A stretch of 64,000 bases of DNA from an uncultured candidate division Zixibacteria bacterium (GTDB lineage Bacteria > Zixibacteria > MSB-5A5 > GN15 > FEB-12): positions 32,001 to 96,000 of the forward strand of contig CAVTJJ010000006.1 of assembly GCA_963735035.1 (NCBI GenBank). The letters are read 5' to 3'. A model generated the notes under the pieces. It searched no databases, was not told the origin of the DNA, and saw only the letters and a program-made list of their open reading frames with translations. Positions 30,226-40,429 of the stretch are shown one piece after another (positions within the stretch are counted from its first letter, which is position 1; every line of letters begins with the position of its first letter). Made by a program: the position numbers and the translations under genes.

Positions 30226-31722
30226 GTGGGTTTTTTGAATAACCAATTGGTCTCCCCTCAGAAGCCAGGCCTTTCCGGCCGCAAGGTGGCTGGATACGCA
30301 TCGGCGGCGGTGCTCTTTACCCTGCTCGGCGTTCTAATTGCGTCCAATTTGGATCTGTCAACCCGGTCGATGGCCCAGGCTCCGACCAATATCGCCCAGA
30401 CCGGAGCCTATCCGGTGGTCGACAAGGATGGCCGTCAGCAGTCGCCGTTTGTCGACGTGGTCGAGCGGCTGGCCGACGCGGTCGTGAATGTTTCGGCGAG
30501 GACGCGCGATGATCAGGCCCCCTGGTGGTTCCGGGGTGGACATTACGCCATGTCGCGCGGTTCGGGTTTCTTTTTTCGCGACGATGGCTACGTTTTGACC
30601 AACAATCATGTTATCGCTAACGCGTTGGAGATTACCGTGCGGACTTCCACCGGTTATGACTATGAGGCTACCCTGGTCGGCGCCGATCCGGAGAGTGATC
30701 TGGCGGTTCTGCGCGTGAAACCGGAAGAGAAGATTACGACCATACCGTTCGGCGATTCGGAAGATATTCATGTCGGTGACTGGGCGATTGCAATCGGCAA
30801 CCCGTTCCCGGAGCAGGGCCTAGATCGAACCGTTACGGTTGGAGTCGTCTCGGCCAAAGAACGCAGTTCGCTTCGTTTTGGCGGCGAGACACCGTCGTAT
30901 CAAAACTACATTCAGACCGACGCGGCTATCAACCCCGGCAATTCGGGCGGCCCGCTTCTTAACATTCGCGGCGAATGTATCGGTGTTAATGCGGCCATAA
31001 CCAGCCCCACCGGTTCTTCGGTCGGTATCGGTTTCGCCATACCGATCAATCTCGCCCGGGCCGTGGTCCCAGACTTGATCGCCACGGGCAAAGTGAATCG
31101 CGGCTGGCTCGGTATCTACATGTCGCCGGTAAACGAACGGCTGGCCAAGAGGCTGGGTTTGAGCGCGGTTCGTGGCATTGTGATCGACTCGGTCTTTGTC
31201 GGTTCGCCGGCCGAGCGCGCGGGAATACGCCAGGGCGACGTAGTGGTTAAGTTTAACAATCAGGAAGTTACCAATAGCAGTCAGTTTTCGGTGCTGGTAT
31301 CAACAGTTAAACAGGGTGCTTCAGTCCCCGTGGAAGTTGTCCGCGAGGGGGAACATCTCAGCCTGACTACAGTTATTGGTGACCGGGACAGTGGCCTGGC
31401 GCAGGCGCCGGACAGAGGCGGTTCAGAGGTTCAGACCGAGGTGATCCTCGGTATGCAGATGAGCCCTTACACCGCTCAAATTGCCCGTGAAATTGGCGGG
31501 GAACTGGTCGACGGATTGTACGTTTGGAGTGTTTACCCGGGGACCGCAGCAGACGTCGCCGGCATTACCGCCGGTTCGGTTATCATGAAAGTCGGCAAGA
31601 ACGGCGTGACGACGGTGGAAGAGTTCGTCAAGGCCATCCATGCCGAAGGTGACCCCACGCGGATTCCGCTCATCGTGCAGGAGGCGGATGGCGCTATCGC
31701 CCGGAAGATTTTGCGGCAGTAG
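30226..31722 (+). CDS. DegP/Do-family serine endoprotease, two PDZ domains
   Basis: N-terminal TM; GSGF, TNNHV, SDLAV, INPGNSGGPL. Confidence 0.93.
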   Translation: MGFLNNQLVSPQKPGLSGRKVAGYASAAVLFTLLGVLIASNLDLSTRSMAQAPTNIAQTGAYPVVDKDGRQQSPFVDVVERLADAVVNVSARTRDDQAPWWFRGGHYAMSRGSGFFFRDDGYVLTNNHVIANALEITVRTSTGYDYEATLVGADPESDLAVLRVKPEEKITTIPFGDSEDIHVGDWAIAIGNPFPEQGLDRTVTVGVVSAKERSSLRFGGETPSYQNYIQTDAAINPGNSGGPLLNIRGECIGVNAAITSPTGSSVGIGFAIPINLARAVVPDLIATGKVNRGWLGIYMSPVNERLAKRLGLSAVRGIVIDSVFVGSPAERAGIRQGDVVVKFNNQEVTNSSQFSVLVSTVKQGASVPVEVVREGEHLSLTTVIGDRDSGLAQAPDRGGSEVQTEVILGMQMSPYTAQIAREIGGELVDGLYVWSVYPGTAADVAGITAGSVIMKVGKNGVTTVEEFVKAIHAEGDPTRIPLIVQEADGAIARKILRQ

Positions 31723-31809
31723 CCGCTACAAAAAAGACGTTTGAATAATCGGCCATGGCTGGCCGTTGATGTATAGAGAGTCGTTTGATCTAAGGAGTGC
31801 TCAGGCAAC

Positions 31810-32668
31810 GTGGCAAAACAATCCCTCAAATATCGCGACGAGGACCGGTCGCTCGATCTGTATCTTCGCGAGATCGGGGAGACTCCTCTCATCACCGCCG
31901 ATGAAGAAGTGCGTCTGGCCGACAAGATAAAGCAGGGCGATAAAAAGGCCCTGGAAAAACTAACTAAGGCCAATCTTGCGCTTCGTCGTGTCGGTGGCCA
32001 AACAGTATCAAAATCAGGGTCTCTCGCTGGCCGATCTGATCAACGAGGGCAATATCGGCCTGATCAAAGCGGCCAAGCGATTCGACGAGACCCGTGGTTT
32101 CAAGTTCATCAGCTACGCCGTCTGGTGGATTCGCCAGGCCATTCTTCAGGCATTGGCCGAGCAGAGCCGTATCGTGCGACTGCCGCTTAACCGCGTCGGC
32201 ACGCTTCACAAGATCGGCAAGATCTCCAGCCGTCTTGGAACAGGGACTTGGACGTGAACCCGTCGCCCGAGGAAATCGCCAAGGAATTGGAGCTTTCCGA
32301 AGGTGAAGTGGCGGATACGCTGAAGATTTCCAACTCGCACTTGTCGCTCGATGCGCCGTTCTCGGTGTCGGAGGACAATTCGCTCATCGATATTCTCGAG
32401 GACGAGTTCCAGCCGTCGCCGGATGAAGCGCTGCTTTCGCAGCTCGCTGCGCGTGGAGATCGAGAAGGCGCTCGATACGCTCACGGCTCGTGAGGCCGAA
32501 GTGATCAATCTGTATTTCGGGTTGAATCACGAGAAGGCGCTTACGCTCGAAGAGATCGGCGCCCGGTTTTCGCTGACTCGCGAGCGCGTGCGGCAGATCA
32601 AGGAAAAGGCGATTCGTCGCCTGCGCCATGCTTCGCGCAGCCGTTCGCTGAGAGCTTATCTAAATTAA
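31810..32668 (+). CDS. rpoD: RNA polymerase sigma70 factor, short FCB-type RpoD (no region 1.1); four +1 frameshifts
   Basis: [59 protein letters not shown]. Shifts at ~31976, ~32230, ~32260 and ~32437. Confidence 0.85.
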
Positions 32669-32691
32669 GGTCAACAGTCAGTAGACATTTC

Positions 32692-32722
32692 AAACCGCCC
32701 CGAAGTTCGGGGCGGTTTTTTT
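32692..32722 (+). terminator. Intrinsic terminator
   Basis: AAACCGCCCCGAA/TTCGGGGCGGTTT followed by a T run. Confidence 0.88.
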
Positions 32723-32830
32723 GTCTGGTGTCGGAATTCGCAAATTGTTTGATTGGCCGGGTGAACGCGACTCGTGGGTCGCTCAGGAAACCAAATCTAA
32801 CTTGTTCTCATGTGAGGAGAACCGCGTCGG

Positions 32831-34129
32831 ATGGAGCATCGCAAAACTGTTGTCTGGCACCTTCTGGGATTGTTCGCGCTCGGTCTGCTGCTACGGGTTG
32901 GCTACGTTCTCATGGCTGTCAACAACATCGGAGTCGATAGGTTCATAAATATCACTCCCGATTCGCAGACTTATCTGGCGGCATCCCGGGAGATATTCGG
33001 ATCAGACGCTTACGGCCTGTTTGCTTTGTATCTGGTAGGCCCGGGGTACGGCTTTATTCTCGGCTTGCTGAGAGTGGTGTTTGGAGAAGGGTTCGTTCCC
33101 GGCATGTGTTTTTCGATCATCATGGGAGCTCTGGCGCCGGTAGCGGTGTATTTGTTCGCGTATGGCATCTTTCGGCATCTCCGTTTGGCGCTGTTGGCTG
33201 GCCTCATCTGTGCCGTTTCGCACACATCGTTGTCGATGAGCGGCCGCATCCTGACGGACCAGACGTTCTTTACACTTCATTGTTTTACCCTCGTATGTCT
33301 GATTGAAGGTCTCAGAAAGGGGAAGTGGAAGTGGTTCGTCTGGGCGGGTTTGCTATGCGGAGTAGCAGCACTCATCCGGCCTGCCGGTCAATTCTGGCCC
33401 TATATCTTCCTGGCCTTGCCGTTCCTATTGCCGTTGCCGGCGGTTTTTGTTTCACGCACACAACTACTGGGTCGAGTGGCAGTGGTCGGATTGCTTGCCC
33501 TCAGCATGACGCTATCCTGGTCAGCTCGAAATTACTTCGTCAACGGTGTCTTTACGTTCGGAAGTGTCGGGATATTAACGGCGCGCAACTGCGTTGTGGC
33601 TCAGATCGATAGTGCGCGTACCGGCCAGAAGATATGGGATCTGAGGAAAGTCTACGAGAACGAAGACGGCGATCACAGTATCTCGTTTGCGGAATCAAAT
33701 GAAAACATGCAGAGACGTGTTAAACAGACTATTGCAGCGGAGCCAGGCAAGTTCGTCAACTTCTACTTTAGCAATCTGTGGGAAAATGCCATCGTTTCGA
33801 ACTCCTATCTGCCGGATGATTTTCCCATGCTTAGGGAACTCGGGTGGGCACAGATCTGGGAAGTTCTGAAAGACATCAATCGCGTGCTCAATGGCATCTT
33901 TGTACTGAGTCTCGTTGTGCTGGCGGTAGATCGACGTTGGTCGGCTCTGGTAATTCTGGGGATAGTCTTTGCTTACTTTACGTTGGTTACCGGGTTCAGT
34001 TTCTGGCAGGGATCGCGTCTTCACTATCCCGCCGAAATGGCCTGGGCGGTGCTATCTGCTTATCTCATAGTGCGGCTATTCAGTCACTGGCGACAGCAGC
34101 CTGCCCCGACAGGAGGCTCCCGCTTCTAG
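32831..34129 (+). CDS. GT-C (PMT/ArnT-like, family 39/83) membrane glycosyltransferase
   Basis: PDSQTY luminal loop after TM1, PGY, ILTDQ, ALIRP; polytopic. Confidence 0.75.
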   Translation: MEHRKTVVWHLLGLFALGLLLRVGYVLMAVNNIGVDRFINITPDSQTYLAASREIFGSDAYGLFALYLVGPGYGFILGLLRVVFGEGFVPGMCFSIIMGALAPVAVYLFAYGIFRHLRLALLAGLICAVSHTSLSMSGRILTDQTFFTLHCFTLVCLIEGLRKGKWKWFVWAGLLCGVAALIRPAGQFWPYIFLALPFLLPLPAVFVSRTQLLGRVAVVGLLALSMTLSWSARNYFVNGVFTFGSVGILTARNCVVAQIDSARTGQKIWDLRKVYENEDGDHSISFAESNENMQRRVKQTIAAEPGKFVNFYFSNLWENAIVSNSYLPDDFPMLRELGWAQIWEVLKDINRVLNGIFVLSLVVLAVDRRWSALVILGIVFAYFTLVTGFSFWQGSRLHYPAEMAWAVLSAYLIVRLFSHWRQQPAPTGGSRF

Positions 34130-34155
34130 GGCAGTGATTAGATGTCCGGCCTTTT

Positions 34156-34512
34156 TCAGGCGGCTCCTTCAGAACCTTCCATTTTCTCCAGTTTCTCCCT
34201 CAGTAGTGCCAGTTCCTGAGCGATGAGCTTGTTCTGTTCAGTGTGGCGAGAAATTACCACGGTGAGGTGGAGAAAAAGGAGAATGCCGAAAAGAATCCCG
34301 ACTAACAACAGCACTGCCGGCGCGTAGAAAATTCCTATCGCCGCGGCGACCGTATCCAGCAGGTGGCGCCACAGCGACATGATCAGCAGCGCCACCGTTC
34401 CGATCAGCCAGAGTATACTGTATTCGACTCGCAGGGAGCGGTTTCGGATAAGCGAGACGACGCCTATTATCAGAGCGATACTGGCGGTAATTGCGAGAAT
34501 CTGGACGTTCAC
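34156..34512 (-). CDS. DUF2304 family membrane protein
   Basis: 3 TM; IRNRSLRVEYSILW, GIFYAP, KLIAQELALL; coupled to the GT2 gene. Confidence 0.85.
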   Translation of the reverse strand: MNVQILAITASIALIIGVVSLIRNRSLRVEYSILWLIGTVALLIMSLWRHLLDTVAAAIGIFYAPAVLLLVGILFGILLFLHLTVVISRHTEQNKLIAQELALLREKLEKMEGSEGAA

Positions 34513-35264
34513 GGTTTGTCCTTTCTAAGGGAAATCGTCTGGCGTCGAGTGGCCGCGATAATGACGGCCAACATGACTTTGGTCATATAATAGGCCGAGT
34601 CGAGTCGACCAATCGATGATTGTCCGCCCCGGCGAGGTCGCATCTGCACCGGGACTTCCTGGAGGCGAAAGCCGTTGCGATGAAGTTCAACCAGCGACTC
34701 CGGTTCCGGATAGTCCTGAGGATAACTTGTTGCCAGAAATTCGATCGCCTTTCTACCGTAGGCGCGAAACCCGGACGTTGGATCGGTGAACCGGCGTCCC
34801 GTAAGTAGCGAGACTTCCCTTCGAAGTAACCAGATGCCTAGTCGTCGGAACCATCCGATGTGAACTTCCTGATCCATCGTGAAACGGGAGCCGCAGACGA
34901 CATCCGCTTCTCCTCTGACAATGGGGGACATCAACCCGTCGATCTCGGCAGCCATATGCTGACCGTCGCCGTCGAACTGCACGGCCATATCGAATTGCTG
35001 CGCCAGGGCATATTTCAAGCCGGTCTGGACGGCTCCGCCAATACCGAGATTCACGGCCGGCGTCAACACCGTCACTCCCGGCAGGCGAGCGGCGGCCCGA
35101 GTGTTATCAGTGGAGGCGTCGTCTACCACTACAGCGACAATCTCAGGATGATGTACCCGAAGGTCGTTCAGAGTAACCGCGATGTTTGTCTCTTCATTGT
35201 AAGCGGGGATGATCGCACAGATTCGGATTGTCAATGGGGGGGACTGTTCGTGGGCGTTGGTCAT
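34509..35264 (-). CDS. GT2 polyprenol-phosphate sugar synthase (DPM1/PpgS-like)
   Basis: IIPAYNEE, VDDASTD, NLGIGGAVQTG, FDGDGQH, DPTSGFRA, DYPEPE. Confidence 0.9.
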   Translation of the reverse strand: MTNAHEQSPPLTIRICAIIPAYNEETNIAVTLNDLRVHHPEIVAVVVDDASTDNTRAAARLPGVTVLTPAVNLGIGGAVQTGLKYALAQQFDMAVQFDGDGQHMAAEIDGLMSPIVRGEADVVCGSRFTMDQEVHIGWFRRLGIWLLRREVSLLTGRRFTDPTSGFRAYGRKAIEFLATSYPQDYPEPESLVELHRNGFRLQEVPVQMRPRRGGQSSIGRLDSAYYMTKVMLAVIIAATRRQTISLRKDKP

Positions 35265-35265
35265 G

Positions 35266-36513
35266 TCACGACTTTCTTCTCGTAACCAGCCACAACAGGA
35301 GAAAGGCCGCCGACAGCCCCACGCTTAGCCCGGCCATGTCACGTCGCATCACTGAACTGGAGCCGTAGGCAAATACCGGATGCAGAGCGTATGCCAACCA
35401 GATACCGGCCGCACCCAGAGCCAGTGTGATAAATATATAGAGAGCCAGACGCCGCCAACTGGCCCGGTTCATACCGGAAAGCCAGGCTTCACGAACCGCA
35501 TACAGAGCCAAAGGAATCACAAATATGAATGGGGGGAACAGGAGGCGCGTTTCTCTGACCATGGCCAGCGCCATCGTGGCTGCTGTGTTGACAGGCCAAT
35601 ACAGGATGAGTCCACAAAACAGAAACTTTTCCTGCCGAGATCGGTCTCGCCTGGCCATAAGAAACCACCCGAGGATCGCGGCCGGCAGAAGCCAACTGAA
35701 GGCGTTTATAAGGGAGACAATTGAATCAGCAGCATCACGGGAATTTGCGAAGTTGAATTTGAGAAGTCCCCAGGGAGCAGGTCCGAAGGCGCTATCAAAC
35801 CTTGACATGTAGACCAAGAAAGCTGCAACCGGCGCGGCCAGACAGATGATCAGGAGGAGCTGTCGAATCTTGTGCCTATCCTGCCAGGCCATGAAGACCA
35901 GCACAGGGAAGAAGAAAGTGGCAGTTTCACGAGCCAGACAAGCAGCAAAGAAGAAGAGGGCCACCATCGGCCAGTTGTGCTTCAGCAGCGCCAAAGATGT
36001 AGCTATGAGAAAACCGTACAGCCAGAAGTCATCCCAGGTGTGAATCGGGGCAAAATGGGCCGCCAGAACAGGAAACGACAGCAGATAGAAGGCCAGCCCA
36101 ACATGTCCCCAGCGGCGTCCGAAACCAAGGACGAGCAGGAATCGATAGAACAGGTAGGCCGTCAACCCTGCCAGGCAGTACTGAATTACGAAGAAGGCGT
36201 CCTTGTGGGCCATTCCCGAAACGGAAGCGAGCGCCAGCGTGGCGTAACTCTGGAACGGGCGCATACAGAACGGATAGTCGCGAAGATGCAGATCGAGGCT
36301 GGGACGCCAATCCTCGGGTGTGAGCGAAAACGACGAGCCGGACATTGTGAAGTGGAGGATAAGTGACAAGGCCATGCCGCCCAGAATAATTGCCGGAGTC
36401 AGCCACTGGTGTGAAGGCTGTGAGTTTGAGTCAGGGTTCGGTTGCAACTGTGCTACACTATCATAGAGTTCAAAATGATCCGGTAAGATGGTATCAGCCC
36501 AGGAAGTTGTCAA
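35266..36513 (-). CDS. Polytopic membrane protein, probable GT-C fold
   Basis: ~10 TM; PFCMRP, TWDDF, LARET and VRETRL motifs; start uncertain. Confidence 0.6.
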   Translation of the reverse strand: MTTSWADTILPDHFELYDSVAQLQPNPDSNSQPSHQWLTPAIILGGMALSLILHFTMSGSSFSLTPEDWRPSLDLHLRDYPFCMRPFQSYATLALASVSGMAHKDAFFVIQYCLAGLTAYLFYRFLLVLGFGRRWGHVGLAFYLLSFPVLAAHFAPIHTWDDFWLYGFLIATSLALLKHNWPMVALFFFAACLARETATFFFPVLVFMAWQDRHKIRQLLLIICLAAPVAAFLVYMSRFDSAFGPAPWGLLKFNFANSRDAADSIVSLINAFSWLLPAAILGWFLMARRDRSRQEKFLFCGLILYWPVNTAATMALAMVRETRLLFPPFIFVIPLALYAVREAWLSGMNRASWRRLALYIFITLALGAAGIWLAYALHPVFAYGSSSVMRRDMAGLSVGLSAAFLLLWLVTRRKS

Positions 36514-36534
36514 ACGTCAATTACATCGGGGTGC

Positions 36535-36563
36535 TTGACAGACTGCATAGAGTCTCTTAGAAT
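36535..36563 (+). promoter_or_regulatory. sigma70 promoter, near-leaderless
   Basis: TTGACA-17 nt-TAGAAT, 5 nt before ATG 36569. Confidence 0.6.
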
Positions 36564-36568
36564 GTCTT

Positions 36569-38872
36569 ATGCGGCGTTTGAGTGTGGGACTGGTAGATTC
36601 AATCCGAAGAGCGCTCCAGGAGCGCGCCACAATTACAATTGCCTTTGGCGGTTTTGTTCTGCTGGGTTTCTACTTGTTCAAATATGCCCTGCCGGTCAAG
36701 TCTTTCAGCGAAGAGCTTCTGATTTACGACACGATCTGGCTCGACGCCTGGTCGCTCGGTTTTGTGCTTGTTTGTGCGGCTATTTGGCTTAGTCCTCTGA
36801 GCGGACGAACTAAGGCTATGCTGGGGATTCTTGCGCTCGGGATTTATGGCTTTGTCGAGATAGCCGTGATTTTCGACGGCACTCCATTCAGTTCATACGC
36901 CTACTGGGGGGATCAGAAGTTCCGTCAGGCGATGATTCTAAAGTTCATGGAATTTGGATATCCGGTTGATTTCTATTATAAGAGTCTGCCCCCGTTCTAC
37001 CCGCCGGTGTTGTACTTGATATTTGCGGGTTTGGGCAATCTGCTGTCGCTCCCCGCGTACGCGATGCTCAAGACCGGTGGGATGTTGATTTATTTGGTGG
37101 GACCGTTCCTGCTGTATTGGCTTTGGAAGCCGCTGGTGGGAAGCCTGCGTTCCTGGTTGATCGTCTTGTTCACGTTCCTGGTTTGTTCATTCCCGACCCC
37201 GTATATGTTAACCGCGCCCCACGCCTTTATCTCAACAGCAATATTCATCCCCTGGTGGCTGCGGTTTGTTGAGAACGTCCACGGTCTGAAATCGCGCTTC
37301 CTGCATTGGTTTGTTGGAGGCCTGCTCGGGGCGGTTATCATGACCATCTATTTCTATCCGCTGATGGTCGGTGTGTTCCTGCTGATCCTCAAAGCCGCGT
37401 ACGATCTGCGAAATAAGATAACGGGTCGAAGAATAGTATTGCAGTGGACTCGAGTACTCGGTGTGATGGCAGTCAGCCTGCTGCTTTCGATCTGGTTCTG
37501 GTTACCGGCTCTGCTGTCGGTTCTGCAGTATGGCTCTGATCGCTCACGCGGAGGCTGGCACCATATTGATTCAACATCGATCGGTCTGGCTTTTACGTCG
37601 TTCACCTGGGCTGGCATCTTGTTCCTTGGAGCGATCATACTGGCACTAAGACACTGGCGCGGGCAACTTCAGCGTTGTCTCTTGATCCTGCTGGGAGTCG
37701 TTGTCCCGTATCTTTTCGTTGGTTCGCTGCTGGGTGTCTGGAACCACGAAATCAATCTGGTCAAGGCCCGCGACATGGTCAACGTTTTCGCCGGCCCGTT
37801 TATCGGACTTGCTTTCGGGGTCTTATTGCGCCGCTGGCGTTCAGTGCAGGCGCGCTGGGTAGTGCCTGTGCTCGCAGCGCTGGCTGTCATGGTGCTATGT
37901 CATCAGTTTAATGATTACGCCAAGACCGACTGGGTGCGAACCGCACGAAAGGCCTACGTACCCACCTGGAACACCGACAGCGCCGAGATGGCATCCCGCG
38001 CCGGTTCGGTCTTTCTCTGCGGCCAGGAGACGTTCCCGTCGTTCTATCCGGTCTACACTTTCTTGGCGGCGAACGAACATTATTCGCACCCGGCCTGTCG
38101 CTTCAAGCAAAGATACGATTTTCTGGACCTGCTCGAAGATGAACCCGATCCGAGAATCGTCAACATTGCCTTAAGAACGAATCAGTACGATGAGGTCGAT
38201 TACTTTATGCCCCACCGCGAGGGGACGGTGTTCGACATCACCATTTCGTTGAGCAATTATCCCGATCGGTACCATACCAGGCTGTTCAAATTTCCAGAGA
38301 CATTGGTAGCTGACACAACCCTGTTCCGTCGCTGCAAGGGGGATGATCTGTACCAGGTGATGACGCTGCCCGATCAGTCCGAAGCGACATCTAGGTATAT
38401 ACGTCCCTCGGGATCAGACACGCTCCTGCAGCTAATGCACTTGTCGATGATTCGTGATCGGCTCACGACGGCAGGGCAGGGCGAGTTGGATGCCTATACC
38501 CGGACTGACTGGTCTCGATGGCAACGTCCTCCCGAGGCGGAGGTGGCAACGAAGTTCGGCGACTCGGTGCAATTGAAGGATCTGAGGATTGTTGCCGACG
38601 GGGATTCGCTGCGTTTACTGATGGCGTTCGAGGCGCTTGAGTCTTTGTCCCGTCGGTTCAGGGTTATGGTGCATGTGTTCGTCGGGGAGCAGTTGACTAA
38701 TTGCGATTTCGATCCGGAGAAGCCGACCGACACCTGGGGACGGTACGAGAGCGTGATCTTGAAGCGGGCTATTCCGCGACCGCAGAGTCGATTCCTACTT
38801 ATCATCGGGTTGTTCGATAAGACGGGCAATTTGTCGGGCGTAGCCAGTGTCGACAGCGATTTTATAGAGTGA
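36569..38872 (+). CDS. AftA-like arabinofuranosyltransferase (GT-C) with extra C-terminal soluble domain
   Basis: GDQKFR..DFYYKSLPPFYPP resembles the AftA N-domain (DQQFR..DMTYxGLPPFYPP); SFYPVYTF..EHYSHP..F..R resembles the AftA C-domain. Confidence 0.75.
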   Translation: MRRLSVGLVDSIRRALQERATITIAFGGFVLLGFYLFKYALPVKSFSEELLIYDTIWLDAWSLGFVLVCAAIWLSPLSGRTKAMLGILALGIYGFVEIAVIFDGTPFSSYAYWGDQKFRQAMILKFMEFGYPVDFYYKSLPPFYPPVLYLIFAGLGNLLSLPAYAMLKTGGMLIYLVGPFLLYWLWKPLVGSLRSWLIVLFTFLVCSFPTPYMLTAPHAFISTAIFIPWWLRFVENVHGLKSRFLHWFVGGLLGAVIMTIYFYPLMVGVFLLILKAAYDLRNKITGRRIVLQWTRVLGVMAVSLLLSIWFWLPALLSVLQYGSDRSRGGWHHIDSTSIGLAFTSFTWAGILFLGAIILALRHWRGQLQRCLLILLGVVVPYLFVGSLLGVWNHEINLVKARDMVNVFAGPFIGLAFGVLLRRWRSVQARWVVPVLAALAVMVLCHQFNDYAKTDWVRTARKAYVPTWNTDSAEMASRAGSVFLCGQETFPSFYPVYTFLAANEHYSHPACRFKQRYDFLDLLEDEPDPRIVNIALRTNQYDEVDYFMPHREGTVFDITISLSNYPDRYHTRLFKFPETLVADTTLFRRCKGDDLYQVMTLPDQSEATSRYIRPSGSDTLLQLMHLSMIRDRLTTAGQGELDAYTRTDWSRWQRPPEAEVATKFGDSVQLKDLRIVADGDSLRLLMAFEALESLSRRFRVMVHVFVGEQLTNCDFDPEKPTDTWGRYESVILKRAIPRPQSRFLLIIGLFDKTGNLSGVASVDSDFIE

Positions 38873-38900
38873 TAACTTTCTCTGAAGCGGGTGCCTTGCT

Positions 38901-40013
38901 GTGATGTACGCCAAGCTGGACAGGTTTGCAGATTGGCTGGAAGACAAGAGTGGGCATGTCGCCGGCATTTGGGTTGCACTTGGCTTGATAGCTGCTGCCG
39001 CGATCTATGTGCGCCCGGCGATAAATACGATTTCTCTGGGTGTCCTATACGGGCGGATGGCCGATGATCCATTTACTCTGATCGATGGAAACTATGTCGC
39101 GTTCCGAATTCTGACCCCGTTACTGAGCTATCTGCTCGGGTTCCGGGGTCAGCTAATAATTATCACGAATCTTCTCGTGGCGTGCACCTTACTAGCTCTG
39201 GTATACACATATTTCAGAAGCCGAACCAGTCGACCAGGAGACGCTCTTTTCGCCGTGGCTGTCATGGCTTTTTCTCTGGTGACACTGACCACGATCTACT
39301 ATGGCGGCTACACTGATTCGCTTACCTATCTCATCGTATTTCTGATGTGGTGGACAAGGCGAAGACCGGTATGGTTCTATTCCCTCTTTATGGTGGGCAT
39401 GCTGAATCGAGAGTGCATGCTGTTTCTTGTCCCCTGGTTCGTCTTCTTGCGCTGGGAAGAACGGGGTTCGCTCGGAAAGACCTTGGCTGAAGCTGCGATC
39501 GGCATCGGTCTGGCTTTGATGCCGTACTATTTTGTGCGTCAGTGGATTGCTGCCCAGGGGGAGGTTCCCTTCCGCGCCATGTACTATCTTAAGCCGTTGT
39601 TAGATAATCCCCTCTATTGGCTGAGAAGATCCTATCCTTATTGTGGACTGGGCCTGTTTACCGTCTTCAAAGTTTTCTGGATAATCCCCTTAATGGCAGG
39701 GTTAGCGATGTGGCGGTCCGGGGAGCGGCGCCAAGTGATGTCGATGTTACTCTTGCTGGGATGCGCGTTTTCGCAGCTTGTCATAGCCTTTGACTCGTCG
39801 CGCATGCTGACTTTGGCCTTTCCGGTCATGCTGATAGGCCTGCTCTATCTTTTCAAGACAGATTCTTACAATTTTCGTACCTGGGCCGGGTACCTGTTTG
39901 TGGGCAACCTTTTGGTGCCGCAACTTTATACCGCTGCGAATACGGTCGAAATCATGTACTCCCTTCCGGGAAACATTTTGATGCTCCTTCTGAAGGATAA
40001 GGTGGGGTGGTAG
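38901..40013 (+). CDS. Polytopic membrane protein, probable GT-C fold
   Basis: FRILTP, YTDS, LNRE and DSSRM motifs; ~9 TM. Confidence 0.6.
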   Translation: MMYAKLDRFADWLEDKSGHVAGIWVALGLIAAAAIYVRPAINTISLGVLYGRMADDPFTLIDGNYVAFRILTPLLSYLLGFRGQLIIITNLLVACTLLALVYTYFRSRTSRPGDALFAVAVMAFSLVTLTTIYYGGYTDSLTYLIVFLMWWTRRRPVWFYSLFMVGMLNRECMLFLVPWFVFLRWEERGSLGKTLAEAAIGIGLALMPYYFVRQWIAAQGEVPFRAMYYLKPLLDNPLYWLRRSYPYCGLGLFTVFKVFWIIPLMAGLAMWRSGERRQVMSMLLLLGCAFSQLVIAFDSSRMLTLAFPVMLIGLLYLFKTDSYNFRTWAGYLFVGNLLVPQLYTAANTVEIMYSLPGNILMLLLKDKVGW

Positions 40014-40091
40014 AGACTCAACTTTCCCCTTGATTCCTGAGTTAGGGCGGATATATTTGGGTCGCTCGGCGTTCGCCGGGCCGTGATTGAT

Positions 40092-40175
40092 GCCGAAGTG
40101 GTGGAACTGGTAGACGCGCTGCGTTCAGGGCGCAGTTTCCGCAAGGGAGTGGGGGTTCAAATCCCCCCTTCGGCA
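40092..40175 (+). tRNA. tRNA-Leu(CAG), CCA not encoded
   Basis: GCCGAAG/CTTCGGC acceptor stem; anticodon stem CTGCG/CGCAG with loop TTCAGGG; long variable arm; GGTTCAAATCC T-arm; promoter TTGATT-16-TATATT at 40030. Confidence 0.96.
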
Positions 40176-40429
40176 TAATTTGTTATACCACATTAGATTA
40201 TCGAGTGGAGGGTGAGGTTGCGCTGATTCATCTCGCAGTCCTCTTACTACTTTCTGACACGATTTTGAGAATGTGACCGTGTTGTAAGTCGTTGCTGTCG
40301 GGTATCATGCGACTTACTTTGGGGAGTGGTGTGTCCAAGTTGTTTGATCGCGCACATACAGATGTTCAGATACAACCGCGTAGCTTGAACGTAGGAACGC
40401 AAACATGCCTGTCTTGAAAGCAGTCAAGT

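Noticed and set aside
31810..32668. Programmed frameshifting or true pseudogene of sigma70
   Set aside because: Four +1 shifts with no shared slippery motif and a fully conserved protein; sequencing error is far more likely.
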